NCBI GenBank assembly: GCA_002633005.1
Contig: NMRA01000149.1
Span: forward strand, 640,440 to 704,439
Direction of reading: 5' to 3'
Source of the DNA: Phoronis australis
Lineage: Eukaryota; Animalia; Phoronida
DNA: 64,000 nt
The notes beneath the pieces are model-generated. The model made no database searches and was not told the DNA's origin. It saw only the letters and a list, made by a program, of their open reading frames with translations. This document shows positions 33,101 through 46,000 of this stretch, piece by piece. Each line of letters starts with the position of its first letter. Within the stretch, counting starts at the first letter, position 1. Position numbers and translations under genes: made by a program.

Positions 33101-36100
33101 GTACTTATAGTAGTAAGGTGAAGACAAGCTCAAAAGTAGGAGTATTAGAGGAATGAGCATAGTTTTGTCATTTGTAGTACCAAAACTGTGTTGCATTTAA
33201 ATTACTACTACATTAAGTTTCAACCTTCTGCATGTATTTTTACATTTCAGATGCTTAACTTGGTTGAATCCGACTTATGTGAGTTTTACTAATGATCTTT
33301 TTATCTGCTCCATACGACATACTTTTTTCATTTGCATCGGGTGCAGATCCGAATTTTAAGATGAACTTATTTCGTGAAATTGCAGATGAAAGTTTTAACA
33401 GCTGCAGCAAGCCTGAACAAGAGTATGATGGTCTCTATGACGACGATAACTTTGTGTACACGGAGTTCACAGAGGGGTCACTTGTTTGGGCAAAAATGAC
33501 TGGATTTCCATGGTAATCAACTCTTAAAAATTAGTTAAACTTTTATTATTTGCTGCGCACAAAGTTATGCAATTATACATGATTGTATGATCTTACGGTA
33601 GTTGTGTGTGTGTCTTTATTCACCTACAATTCGTGTACATTACGAACTCAAGGCTTTCACCTTTCAGAATAGTGTACCTCTCAGTTTAAGAAATCCATTA
33701 CATAGAAGATAAACTTTTAAATTATTAATAGTACATAGACATGATGAAAAAGCAGAATCAGTGTCTTTCCAGACAACTAGTTAGAGACTACTATAAAATC
33801 ATAAAGATTAAGTACTGTTACTATGAGCATTACTTTTCTTTAGTACGCAACGGTATAATCCCTTTTTATAAAATTAAAAGGTATATCTCCATGATAGCAA
33901 GTAGCAGCATGTGTTAATAAAATAATGATGGATTTATTAAACAGGCTTGACATGTTTCGCTGTTCATTAAAACACCATTCTCAGAATAAAAAACAGTGGT
34001 CACCTTGTTAGACCCTACAACACGTAATGATACACAGACACAGTAACAATAGACTTGACTAATGACATCCTGTGGTGTGCTAGTTGCCTATTGAAACAAT
34101 TGATATCTAGAGGCTATACAAGGTGGCCACTGTTTTTTCTTCTGAGGATGGTGTTTCAATAAACGCTGAAACATGTCAAACCGGTTTAAATCCATCGTTT
34201 TTATTAAAAAAACATTTCTCAGCAATCAATCGCAAATCTCACATTATCAGAAGACATCAGAGAGAAAAACTTTTTCAACACTTAAAGATGTAAGATTGAC
34301 ATTTAATGGATTAAACAAAACTTATCTAAGGTCAAGGTAAGCTGAACAGTGTATTAAAACATGAACTTCTTAAGCACCTCACACTTGCACTAGTTAGAGA
34401 TTCTTATCGTCATCCCTTCAATTCGCAGAACATTGCTTTTGGTATGTTTCAGGTGGCCTGGTATGATTGATGTTGATCCTGATCTGGAATCATTCATGTA
34501 TTTCGAAAAAGAAAAAAAAGATGTGAGACTTTTGTTGTTGTTGGTCTTGCAAACAATTTGTGTGATCTACATTATTTTAATTGCTTCAATCATTGGATTT
34601 ATTCTAAACACAACTTCTTAAGTTTTGTGAGTTGTTTTTTTATGCTACAATTCCATGCTAAATCCATTCAATGATAAATTTAACACTCTCGTTTAAATGA
34701 TGCTGTCTCTCAGACTGCATGTCTGTACTTATAGTTATCATTACCATCCGATGTCAATATCCTAATGGTATTTTTGTCAGTACTTGCAAGGATGTTGAAT
34801 GTGTAAATAAATACATGCCAAATAATGGACTCTTCACATTTATTACCTTTTCTGAGCATACAAAACATACACTTTTCCTGGGCTCTCGAAAGTTTACAAA
34901 AATGCTGATATTTTTATGCAACAGTATGTGTATGTCAGGCATTACAAGAAAGCCTTGATCTCGTTAGAACAAAATAGTAATTGCTTAATATCAAATTTCC
35001 TCTTTCATGCTGCCACTCAAGTTAGCTGTTCTGTGATTTGATCATCTGTCCTTTATTTTCTCCAGTCCATGGAGGATTCAAATAGTAAAATTGTAAGATA
35101 GTGAAAACGATTTGCATTTTCAGGACCAGTATCATGTTGTGTTCTTTGGAGACAAGGTGTCCAGGTGTTGGTTGAAGTCCTTGCATGTGCGGAAGTTTAC
35201 TGGATATGAAAACATAAATACCCATGGACCTGTAGGTTGTTGGACTGACAGTTTTCTCTTCTAAACCACAGGCTTAGCCATTTCAGAATACCATGTTTTT
35301 TAAGTTGTGATATGACAGTATTTGACATCACGAGCCAGAAGTGCTTCAAAATGCATATTAGATCTCTGTGTTTGACCAGTAGTTCCGATGGCTTAATGAA
35401 TCGAAATGTTTGTACGTATTGCAGTTGGTGCCGTGTTCATGCTCCAGTTGGGACAGAAATTAGTGTATGAGATTTGTAATTACTTGGTCACATGATGTGA
35501 CCGCGTATGACTCTGTATACTAGGTATTTATTTTAAGCATTTCTTTTTATTTTAATCTTTTGTTTTTGATATTTTTGTGACCCATGCTGACTTTGAATGA
35601 AAAAAATGATCATTAGTGTAGTAGCCTTTGTATGGTGAAGAGACATAAATTAGTTTTATTTCTCAGATTTCACGTAGGTGAACACGCCATAAACTTAGAA
35701 AATTTACCTAGCAGATGCTCCACTCGTTCAACTGTGGAACTCAAATTTTCTGTAGCAGGCTGCATTTGTTAGACTTAATTCATTCAGATTGTATAATAAC
35801 ATTGCATGTTTTAGGTAACCGTGAAAGGTCAAAACTATAAGAAACCATTGAAGAATGCCCTGGCAGATGCTTCAAAGGCTCTGGCCATGACTTTGAAGGT
35901 ATATTATGTAATACTTTGAGTCATCTAAATGATGATTTATTAATAAGAAGTGAACATTGCATTATATTGTGCTTTAGTGAGTCAGCTTGCATGCGTCTTT
36001 ATCTGGCATGTATTACTCAACAATACCTTCCCAGTGTTGGAAAATAAATAGTTTGAGGTGTTTTATGGTTGTTCTGCGTACTTTACCATGCACTTTTAGT

Positions 36101-39100
36101 TTTAATTATCATTAACAGAAATCAGCTTGAATTTGTCCCATTGAAAGTAATTTGCTTGTTTTCAGGAAAGGCTCACAACGTATGGGTTTGCATCTCGTTT
36201 CTCTGGCAAGTTTCTGGAAGAGGAGGTCAATGAAGGTGTGGTTTTCCCTAATTTGTATTTTGTATAGTTTGTACAATGACAGACTTGATGTAAATATACT
36301 GCCAGCAACATACTCCCACAAGTGTTTATCTTGCTATCTTCGTATAAGTTATACTATTTGCGTGCCACTTATTTTTAGTGCATTAATGTTGGCAAAATGA
36401 AGTGAAATAATGAGAGCATGTGTAATCTAAGTTCATGACACAGTTAATCACCAGTCTATCACTGATGCGTATGTGTAAAATGGTGCTGGTTAGGAATTCA
36501 TAACGGTTATGGTCAGAAACACAGTGCCATCTAAATGTCATGAAGCATTGTGTTTGTTTATTTACTTTCAGTAATCTGTCAATGCTTCTGTTTTAGGGAC
36601 TTCAGCCACCAACAAAATGCATCAAAAGGTGAAAGATGATGATAATTATGGTGGTGTTGCCATGGATACAGACTGTGACGAAGATGATGATACAAAAGCT
36701 GCCAAACTGGTTCAAAACTGGAATACAGTATACAGTGATGGTTAGTGGAAATAAAAGCTAAGGAAATGATGGTATACACATATAGGAAAAACAGCAATGA
36801 GCAACCTTTATTGTGGAGGATAGAAACCATATTTGTTAAGACAATTGCCGTCATTAACTGGCTTACACGGTGATAGAACTCTCCTTTCTCCTGGAGATAA
36901 GAAAGCGCATGATCTTGTTTTGGAAATCAGGTACATTTTCGTGTCTCATTGATTGATGTCAGGAAGCCGAAGAATTTCAGATCACGCATCCACGGGTATT
37001 GGTCCAGTTTAGCAAACTTTCTCCTGTTGGAGTTGCATCCCACAGCAGTATTACTTTGTTGGCATTAGAGGGACAAGTAGAGTAATGAAGCCAAGAACAA
37101 CAACAAATCACATGTGAAATTCCAGTGACACGAAAAGGACAGCAAAGATGCCTAACGGATGTTTACAGCATTGTTGATTATACAACGAGATTCAAGTTTC
37201 GCTTTGTAATCTGGGACAGCGCCATTGCATGCTGTTTTACTAATTCACCCTTGTTCAGTTTTCTACGTTCCAGTTAAAATAGCAGCGTTATAATGGCCGT
37301 TCAAATACATTTAAATCCTTTTGCGTAGGCTAATATTTGATCACTTAATATGTAGTCCACATTGTTGAGATTTCGACTTTGCCTGTAGCAATTGCTTTCA
37401 CTTTTATGGGTTTGTGAAATTCTTTTTTACCATTTGTTGCTCTTTCCATGAGCCTGTCACACTGGTAATGACTGTTATTGTGTTTTTTTTCAGATGATGG
37501 TTCAGTACATGAAGATGGAAAAGTGTCTGAAGTATCGAATGAACTGCTGGCTAAAGACGAACTGACAGGAAATAATGGTACTATTTTGAACACAGCACAC
37601 TTAGTAGAAAACTTATTGCCTAAATTCCCATATGCTGGAAATGTAAACTTGGCATAGTCCATAAAAAGTCGCAAATTAATTGCAGTATGTCTGAAAGTTG
37701 TGAGAATTAAGTGTGAGCAATTTGTTACTGTTTGCATGATGTTTTGTTCCATGAGGAAAATTGTGTTTAGATCACTATAATTACAACGCTGTGATGTTGA
37801 ATATCATTTTGTCATCAAATTTCTCAAGCAAAATAACCTTTTAGGAAAACGTAGTTTGTTGTGCTACTATAATGAGCATTTGGTAAAATTTTAAGTATTT
37901 TTAAGCCTTTGAAAACTGAAGAAGGCTATTTGAGCAACTTTCTCGCAAATTAAAGATTTTTTTTAATATTAATTGATTTGTAAGGTGAGTACGTTCTCAA
38001 ACAAGGCGTAAAGAAAAAGAGGAAAAAGAAGTCCAAAGAAAAAAAATCACTTGCAGAGATTGATGGAGACAAGATGGGTAAGCAAATGTTAGGTGCCTGT
38101 TTCTCTGAAAAGACTGCCATCTTGTGCCAGTTGTCAGTTTAATCTGTGCTGTTAATTTTGGTTGTAACTTTATGCCTATTTGAAACCTGTTGTAAGACAA
38201 CGAAAAGGTTATGATTACTATGGCAGTGATATTAGCAAGTTTTTATCATGGGCGAAGACAGTAGATCTTTAGGAATTTTATTGATTTTAACAAGAGATAC
38301 CTGATGTTGTTGAGAGATGTAGACTTGGCAATTTTACTGAATACACGGAAGACCTGAGACATGACGGGGTTGTCCCGTTGCTCCCAACTTATTTTATTCT
38401 ATTGCCCAGTGCTGTTTTGAATTCTCTACCTTGATCTTGTTACAGCTATGGGACCTTTTCTAAAATTTTAATATTTGGTAATGTTAACAAAATGTAGGTC
38501 TTGAGCCATCCAGCAACTTCACAATATATTGAGAATAAGACTCGTCTGGTAGACTGAGTAGTATACTATTCTTAGTACCTTAGCGACCTCTCGTCTCCTT
38601 CAGTGGCTTGATGTAAAATTCCAGTGACCAAAGTTCCCGCTACTAGGATTTTACATCAACTCATCGATGGAGACGAGAGGTCTCCGAGGTTCTAGTCCTT
38701 TTTTCAGTGCATTTGATAATTGCTATTGCTAAAACTATATACCATCTTACTGTTTTTTTTTTAGTTAATGAAAATAGTGATTGTGATGTTTTGGTATCTG
38801 GTTTGTTTTTAGCTGGTGAACAGAGTGAATTTTCCATGTTACATGTTGAAGAGACCACACAGACACTGAAAACTCAAATGAACAAAGGCTTGAAGAACGA
38901 ATTGAAGAACGGTATTACTTCTTGTAGTCTCAGAAAACAGCTGTTGTCATTGCAAAATTATAGTACAGTGTCATGACTTATTTTCCCACAAAGTAGGTAA
39001 AAACTGGTGATTAATAATTTTTGAGAAAACCTGCGAGTGAGAATTTGGATGGGGAAATGAAGTGAGTTTGGAAAAGTGGTTCCCTTTAAATAACTCATCA

Positions 39101-40566
39101 GTAAAAATAGTAGCAAACTGTTAAATCAAACGCATGGCCATGTACTGCAATTAGATAGACGAAACAGCTCTTGCCATTAGATGTGTGGAGAAATGAGTAA
39201 TTTGTCCATACTATCTTATTAATTAAATTTGTCTCTTGTTTTGGACTTCGAACCAAAGACCTTTCCAGTCTTTTTGGTAGGATTCAGATACTGGTACGTC
39301 TGGTGCCCTCAATCACTGGGAGTAGGTTTTCACAGCTTACGCAGCAGGGAATTCTCTAGCGCGTGTGTACATGCAAACATAAAGAAACCATGTGTGATAG
39401 CCTAAAAGCTGCTTAATCCTGAGGCAAATTCTGCAAAAATGAGACATTTCTCCAGCATAATTCAAATTGTAATAAGAAACTTCCAATTTCAGGAAACCTA
39501 GTGAGTTTAATCCAGGTAAAATTTCCCAGTTTACATGGGACCAACTGCTGCAAATTTGAATACTGGCACCTAGTTAAAGAAGGGGTTCCGGGGTGAAATG
39601 AGCATACAGCAATTCCTAACTCGACCATATTGTCATGTATGCTAATTATCATTTTCAAAAGTGAAAGTTGATCCCCCAACATTATCACAATTTGCAGACT
39701 TTCACAAAAAAACATCTCTCTTGATGTTTGATAAACATTGAAAGTTTTTATTTCTACTGTTTTGCTATTCAGAGAAAAAGAAAACGAAAGACAGCAAAAA
39801 GAGAATGATTTCACAAACTCAAGAATTGCCTGAAAAGAAAACAGGTGCATCAGCTTTGGTGGAACCCAAACAGAAAAAGGTGAAAAGGTCGTCTTCCCAA
39901 ATTAGTCAGAATGATGCTGCTGGTCCAAAGATTAAAAAGCCGTGCTTTTCAGCACCAAAGAACAAGGTAGTGAAAGCTCAAGTTTATGTCAAAAACCAGG
40001 TAGATTCAAAGGCTAAAAAAGAGACTGGTGGTGCTATGGCTTTACACAGTGATGTTTTTACCATGGATGTAAGCAAGGATTGTAAAGATATTTCAGGGGA
40101 TGCCATTGTGAATAGCCATCAAGAGAAAAACAGTGTCAAGCTTTGTGAAACAACAGCAAAAGAAAACCTCAAGAATGACACTGGTAAGAAAAGAACAAAA
40201 AAATTCAGTGATGTAAAATCTTCGAAATCCTCTGAAGATAGCATTGAAAGTAAACATAGTTCCATGGAACAAACAGGTGATGTGAAACATGCGAGAAAGG
40301 TAAAGAAGCCCAAGTTTGCAGCGCCTGTGATGAAGACCAGGGATGACACTAAAGAAAAATGCAAGAATAAAGAGCCCGTCTCAGAACTTGAAAGAATCAA
40401 GAATGAGGACTGTGAAGATGCCATCGACTTGAATGTGTTGGACAAGTTAGACTTAGAATTGACAAAAACTGTAGACTTTGCAGGATTGAATGATAGTCAG
40501 TTATCCAAAAACCTTGAATTACAAAGGGATAGTGACGACTCACAGCCATTTGATTTAGAGGAATAA
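24150..40566 (+). CDS. ZCWPW1: Zinc finger CW-type and PWWP domain protein (ZCWPW1-like histone reader), about 916 aa, 18 coding exons
   Basis: In-frame exons 24150-24252, 24367-24470, 24765-24842, 25843-25933, 29938-30048, 30789-30948, 31903-32090, 32457-32651, 33386-33512, 34453-34522, 35124-35231, 35815-35898, 36166-36235, 36597-36740, 37494-37577, 37985-38077, 38765-38911, 39773-40566 (2751 nt). zf-CW: TWVQCDDCAKWR..LPEKWTC..N..CSKPEQ. PWWP: GSLVWAKMTGFPWWPGMI..YHVVFFG. N-terminal LTDEQWEDIFDAVLKQA resembles the ZCWPW1 N-terminal helix as recalled. Low-complexity exons are less certain. Confidence 0.85.
25561..25810 (-). repeat. Inverted copy of the left part of the 20764-22450 element
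   Basis: Reverse complement of about 20793-21050 (ATGCTATTGGTTTATGTTCAAATATGTTATAACTTAACTTT..CCCAGTCAGGCTAG..GAATGGAGTTAATCAGTCGTGTAAG..). Confidence 0.85.
26700..28325. mobile_element. Old composite repeat region with degenerate inverted ends in ZCWPW1 intron 4
   Basis: CGTATTTATCCACCTT..CAGGCT..GAGTCA..ATAATTGGCT (26709-26806) is matched inverted at 28255-28322; contains the 27350-27555 repeat; CpG-rich. Confidence 0.45.
28372..28495. repeat. Tandem dimer of an approximately 63-bp unit
   Basis: CTTGCTGGTCACAGTCC..GACG.AACAC....AGGCAGT.TCTT.CTACCCAC occurs twice. Confidence 0.75.
33914..34207. mobile_element. Inverted repeat (about 100-bp arms, about 90-bp spacer) resembling inverted Penelope-like pseudo-LTR ends
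   Basis: Arms 33914-34017 and 34108-34207 are reverse complements; each carries a minimal hammerhead-like motif, and the minus-strand copy is followed by AATAAA. Confidence 0.7.
34139..34180 (+). ncRNA. Minimal type I hammerhead ribozyme motif
   Basis: CUGAGGA (34142-34148), U, stem II GGUGUUU/CAAU/AAACGCU, GAAAC, AU, GUC (cleavage triplet 34175-34177); stem I only 2-3 bp. Confidence 0.6.
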
Positions 40567-41217
40567 TTGAAATGTGCATACATTGCAAAGCTTTTCTTTT
40601 AAAGTTCTAAATATTATGAATATTTTAATTTTTCACATTCGTAAAAGTTCCCATTTTTACACTGTTAATCTATTTTTGTTGTTGTTATTTATTTCAGTGT
40701 TACTGTTGTTTTACATTTTGTTGAAATATAATAGTTAAAATTAAAATTATTGCATTGAGGCAGTGTTGAAAAATATAAAAACTGAAGTACAGCCTCCCTC
40801 GTTTTCTGGAATAATGCTTTATGAAACATGTTTCATTGACATACAAAGGATGTGAAAACAATAAGTAGTTTATTTTGTTACATTTAGCCTTCTATACATC
40901 AATTTCATGGCTGCAATGAGACCTATAAGAACATGCTATTGTCATGAAGATGCTACTATTTAGGACAAGTTTGTAGATATCACTTACGACCTTGGGTTAG
41001 ACCACATTTCAAGATGATCGTTATAAACAAAAGTTTGGAGATAATGTTGGTCTTTTCTTTTCAACTAATTGGTTTACAAGAAATCAGATAATACGATTTG
41101 CCATCACAAAATAGAAAGCAGGATAACAGATTGCAATTTACTCTCAACAAATATCATTTACCACATTTCCAATCAGACCTCACTTTCGCATTTACTATTG
41201 ACTACAGAGTTACTTAA

Positions 41218-41456
41218 AGATATATTGAGCAATGTTGAGGTAATTTGAGTATTACCTTAGGGCATCCTGTTTCACACAATGGCAAGTGTCAAATGTGATT
41301 TTAAAAATGGGTGTGAAATAAGGCAACTTATTTTTTTGTCACGATTATGCTGTGGTAGGAATGAGGTGTTATTTTTGACCCACTAAACCACTTCATTCTT
41401 AAGTTACTTTGGAAGTTGGCCATTTTTGACCTGCCAATGTAGTGCTCAATATAACT
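41218..41456. mobile_element. TTAA-flanked MITE with AG..CT termini (Kolobok-type), 239 bp
   Basis: TTAA|AGATATATTGAGCA ... TGCTCAATATAACT|TTAA; interior homologous to about 59885-60125. Confidence 0.75.
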
Positions 41457-43087
41457 TTAATTTTTTATTACGAAATATCCACACACAAATGACCTAAATA
41501 AACAGTCCTGGCTTTATGTAACTTACTCATCAACATTGACAAAACTATTTAATAACTGATCTAGATAACAAAAACTGTATTTCAAACAGAACATGATTGT
41601 TGTAACAAAGGGCAAAAGCCTGTAAATGGCAAAAAATCTCAAGATATATGTACATCTTGTCAAATACAATGGGTATAGCAAAACAGTGAAGCTCAATTAT
41701 TGAACTACTTGCACTGAAGCAAAATGTACACACTATCACTTACAGTACTTGTTGTGTGGGAGCATCTCGTTTTCAAATAAATTTATCAACATGACAATTT
41801 TAATGAAATCTCACCTCAAAAAACTTCCCGAAAATGAAAAGCCCAAGGGCTTAGAAGTTTTAGCTGAAAAGGAAGAGGCTGTTTGAGTAAATTCTGAATT
41901 TTTGAAGCGATCGGCGTTGAAACATTTTATTTTAAAGATGCATTTTGCATGCTTAGCTGGCCAAAAATTGAAAAAGGCCATTTACTCTCATAAATTGGTC
42001 TTATAATAACCCTTCTGTAATATGATTCTCTTTCTGTTACCAACAAGAACATCAAAAGCATTCAGTGACTTCAGAAACGCTTTGTAATTTATTGAGATTG
42101 GCCAACCATAAAAAGATGTATTCGAAAATGGTATAAGTGCGCATTGCCTGTGACTCATTTGGCAATAATTCAAGATCAAAACAGTGGTAATGTTTTGAAA
42201 CCTTAATGCGCATCAGCTGAAAGTTAAAATTCAAATCAAACAGCTTCTCCTCACATGCTCCACAAATCACATTTGAACAATGAATTGCTACTACAAGAAA
42301 AAATAAATAACAAACAATAAATTATGCACAGCTTAAAACTCCAAAAACATTTACAATGTGAGCATCCTACACGGAAGAAAAATATTGCACATAACCAAAA
42401 ATGCTATTATATATTTACTGTGGATTGTGGCCAAGTTTCATTTTCGAACAAAATATCATTTACTCACTAAAGGTAATCAAAAATGATGACTTGCACCAGT
42501 TGCTGTAAACATATTGTAAGGATAAGACCATTGCATGTGCTATCAGCAGTCAAATAAAATTTTGAAGTGTATCAGACATTTTTAAAGAACAAGAGTGACT
42601 GAACAGTCCTAATATTGACTAGAAAAAAGAAACTACTCACAAATTAACTATTACAGGAAACTGAGCGGGGATTAGCCAGGCTACACTGCTACAAAAAAAA
42701 TCAAGAGAAATGGCAAATAAAGACATCACAGCTCGCACAAGTAGTCACAAAAATATACATATTACACCTTTACATTCATTTCTACATGTTGCGCCTGTCA
42801 ACCACGGACATCACCTTTGAAAGGCCTATGGACTTCCAGTATTTAGTGCTAAGCTCATACACCTGAAATCACAGCAGCTGTGCTTACTACTAACAGTGAA
42901 CAATTTGTTCAAATCACAGTCTTGTGTTCATTTTCAAAATACCATAATTTAGTTGCCTAAAGGATGAAATGCCAAAGAGTAATTAACAATGACATAGTTT
43001 TGTGTATATCATATAACAACAACTAACACTACAATATTCAGACACCAATTTAATAGCAGCATTTTACTACGGAACCATTTTTATCTT

Positions 43088-46000
43088 CTACACTGGCAGC
43101 GTTGGTTTTCGCCTAGATAACTTTGACCTGAAAGTAAATGAAACTGACTTCAGATGAATCAAGAAAGAACAATGTTATCTCGCAAGAGAAAAAAGCGCTA
43201 CACTGAACATCTGAAAAAAACTGGACTATGAGTTTTGACTATGAGTTATGATAATGACATGTGTATGTATAATATGTACATTTGTGTGTGCACATACATA
43301 CATACACATACATATTCAGTATATTCACAATACTTCATAATATGACAAGCATCACAGAAACCAGTCTTTCAGTTTCATAAACCATGTGGGCGTCCAGACC
43401 AAAAGGATTTAGTGCATGATGAATTCTTTTCTCATGAGCTGTAGTAGTTTCTCATGCTTCACAATTCTTTTCTTGCAACAGTTTATTCTTTGCAAAGCCA
43501 GTTAACCAAGCTCATGTAACCTTGATATTCATGCTTCATCATAGGAGGGAAAGGTAACTGCAGCAGCCAATACACTTGAAAATGGAAAATTGTCATGGGA
43601 CAACATGTGAACCTTTCAAATTCACATCTAACTTACATCTTCATGGTTTCTCGCTTGAGTTTGGAACCATGGTAAAGACAACCTATCCGAGTGGCTTGTA
43701 TCAGCATGTAATCGAGACCAAAGAAAGTGGTAACTTATGCTGACAAATTAGGTGATGATGAGTTAAGCCAGATAGTGTGCATTTATATCAGCAATTTTCT
43801 TTTGGACAACTCTGCCTTTTGAACAATTATTTGTTGACCAACTATTTAGCTACTTTACCTGATCTGTCCAGCCAGAAGTGGGTTTATGGCATAGAGCCAG
43901 TCATGGATGTCTTTATCGTCACAGGTCTGTATCAGGAAGCCACGGTGTTTGGTCATCACAGAGAATGTGTTTCGCGTCTGAAAATATGTACCAAGCTATT
44001 AAATGGAAGGTTGTTGAAACTGGAATTAATGACAAGAGCAACGGAGAAGGTTTCTGTGTACCCATCATGTGCATCGCAAACAGTGCAGATATAAGAAATG
44101 ATCATTATTATAAGAACTCTTATTACATGGAGCAATACAAGTAAACTTAATAATAGTTTCTAGGGAGCACAAAGCAAGTCAGAAATGCTCTCCTTAATAG
44201 GAACACACCTCTCATCTTTCATTGAGATTCTTCAAGAAGTTTGGACAATAGGGAGGCAGACGACAAAGGACACAAAACAACTGAAAGGCCACTAGGGGAC
44301 CAAATGTAGGTCAAATCTATCCGAAACGAGACCTGTGCTGATGTTTAGTAACTTATTTGTCAAATTCCATGAATATCCGTTAAAGAACTAGGTAGGTAGG
44401 TAACACGACAAATGCAAATAAAATTGCCTCTAGGCTACTCTACAGTAGGCGGATTTGTCCCAGTATCCATGTCAGCAGTACTCTCTATACAAACGCATGC
44501 CAAATTACATGATGATCCATCAAGGAATTTGTATAATTAAGCCACAGGCAAAAAATAAGATTACCACAAGTGTGCACCACAGCAGTTGGACCCATTCAAA
44601 CATTGCCAGCCATGCACTTCCCAGAAGGAACACATAATATGTCAATTTTCATGAAAGTCCTTGGGATGATTAGGCCAGTTCCGTTCGAAAGTCATCGACA
44701 TCCATTATCACTTTCATCGAATACACTTGCCAAACTTAACAAAGTTCTTCCAAGGGTTCATGACATACAGCCACTGATGCAAATAAAATTGCCACTAGCA
44801 TCATCAGCTCTCCTCTTCCTAGTATACCACTTTTAATAATCATCCTTAGCATGGTTTGGCTGATAGAGAAATGGATGCCAAAAAACAGACTTGGAAACAG
44901 AATACCAAGTGGCTACTTGGTGGTGCAGAATACTTCGAATTCCATTTGAAAATGAGAAATTGGCGTTGACTACCTAATAGATAACTACTTAAATTTTATG
45001 AAAACCCATCAAGGAACTCTCCGAAGACAAGTTAATGGGAAAAAATACAACTGCCACTAAGGGGCATATCAGAAGCCGGATACATCCGGAAAATAGCTCA
45101 TGTTGTCCCATACATTACTGGAACATGTCTGCAAAATTTCATGAAGATCTATCAAGGGGTTTTAGAGATACAGCAGCAGACAACGGACGGAAGGACAGAG
45201 ATGATGGCACAATGACCTCACACTCACACATCTATGCGAGTGTATAATTAATACTTCTTATTCGTTAGTCAAAATATTCAGTCTTGATTACAAAAATTAA
45301 ACGTAAATTTGTAAACTGTTCTGTATCTCCGTGCCACAAATAAAGGTCAGGAGCAAAAATTACAACTACATCGCCAGAGGAGTGTTCTACAAAGCCTTCA
45401 GTGACTTGCTAAGCATGTTCACCAAATATTTTATCCTTGTAAGGTGAAAACAAATGCACAAAGTACAATCGGGTACATTAAATATAGGATTTAAGTTAGG
45501 GCTGTTCCAGCAAAATCTGTATGGGAGGGGGGGGGAAGGCACTTTTATTTCGTACCCACCGCCCATATTTTTCATTTATTTCTCCAACCCATGACCCATA
45601 ATTTTTTAATTATTTTTAATAGGTTAAAATATAAAATCCAACACTTGCAAACAAATTGCCTCCAGGACGACTTGTTAAGAACTTAGATGATTGACAGACA
45701 AGAACTAGTTGTCTTGTCCAATATTGTCAAAAACTAAAGTAGCCTGTGAGCAATACTTTTGGCAGCCACCAGGTGTCTCTGTTCACCATGTGTCTATAAT
45801 TTCAATGAACCTTTTTGTCAATTATAAGGATCTATGAATCTCAAACTGTCTCCACAAACTCTTTTATACTTCTATGTCAAGTGAATATTGGAACTTGTTT
45901 ATCTTACTCCTCATACTTTTTATTTAAAAATCATCAATTTTCTTATATGTGTTAACACCAGTTTAGTGTTGCATATCTTTTCAATTCAATAGGACTGCAG

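Noticed and set aside
42826-42862. Alternative KIF1A last exon (TTTCAG|GTGTATG.., RCMSLALNTGSP*)
   Set aside because: Weak pyrimidine tract and no conserved sequence; the 43127-43088 exon gives the conserved RSKLSRR end
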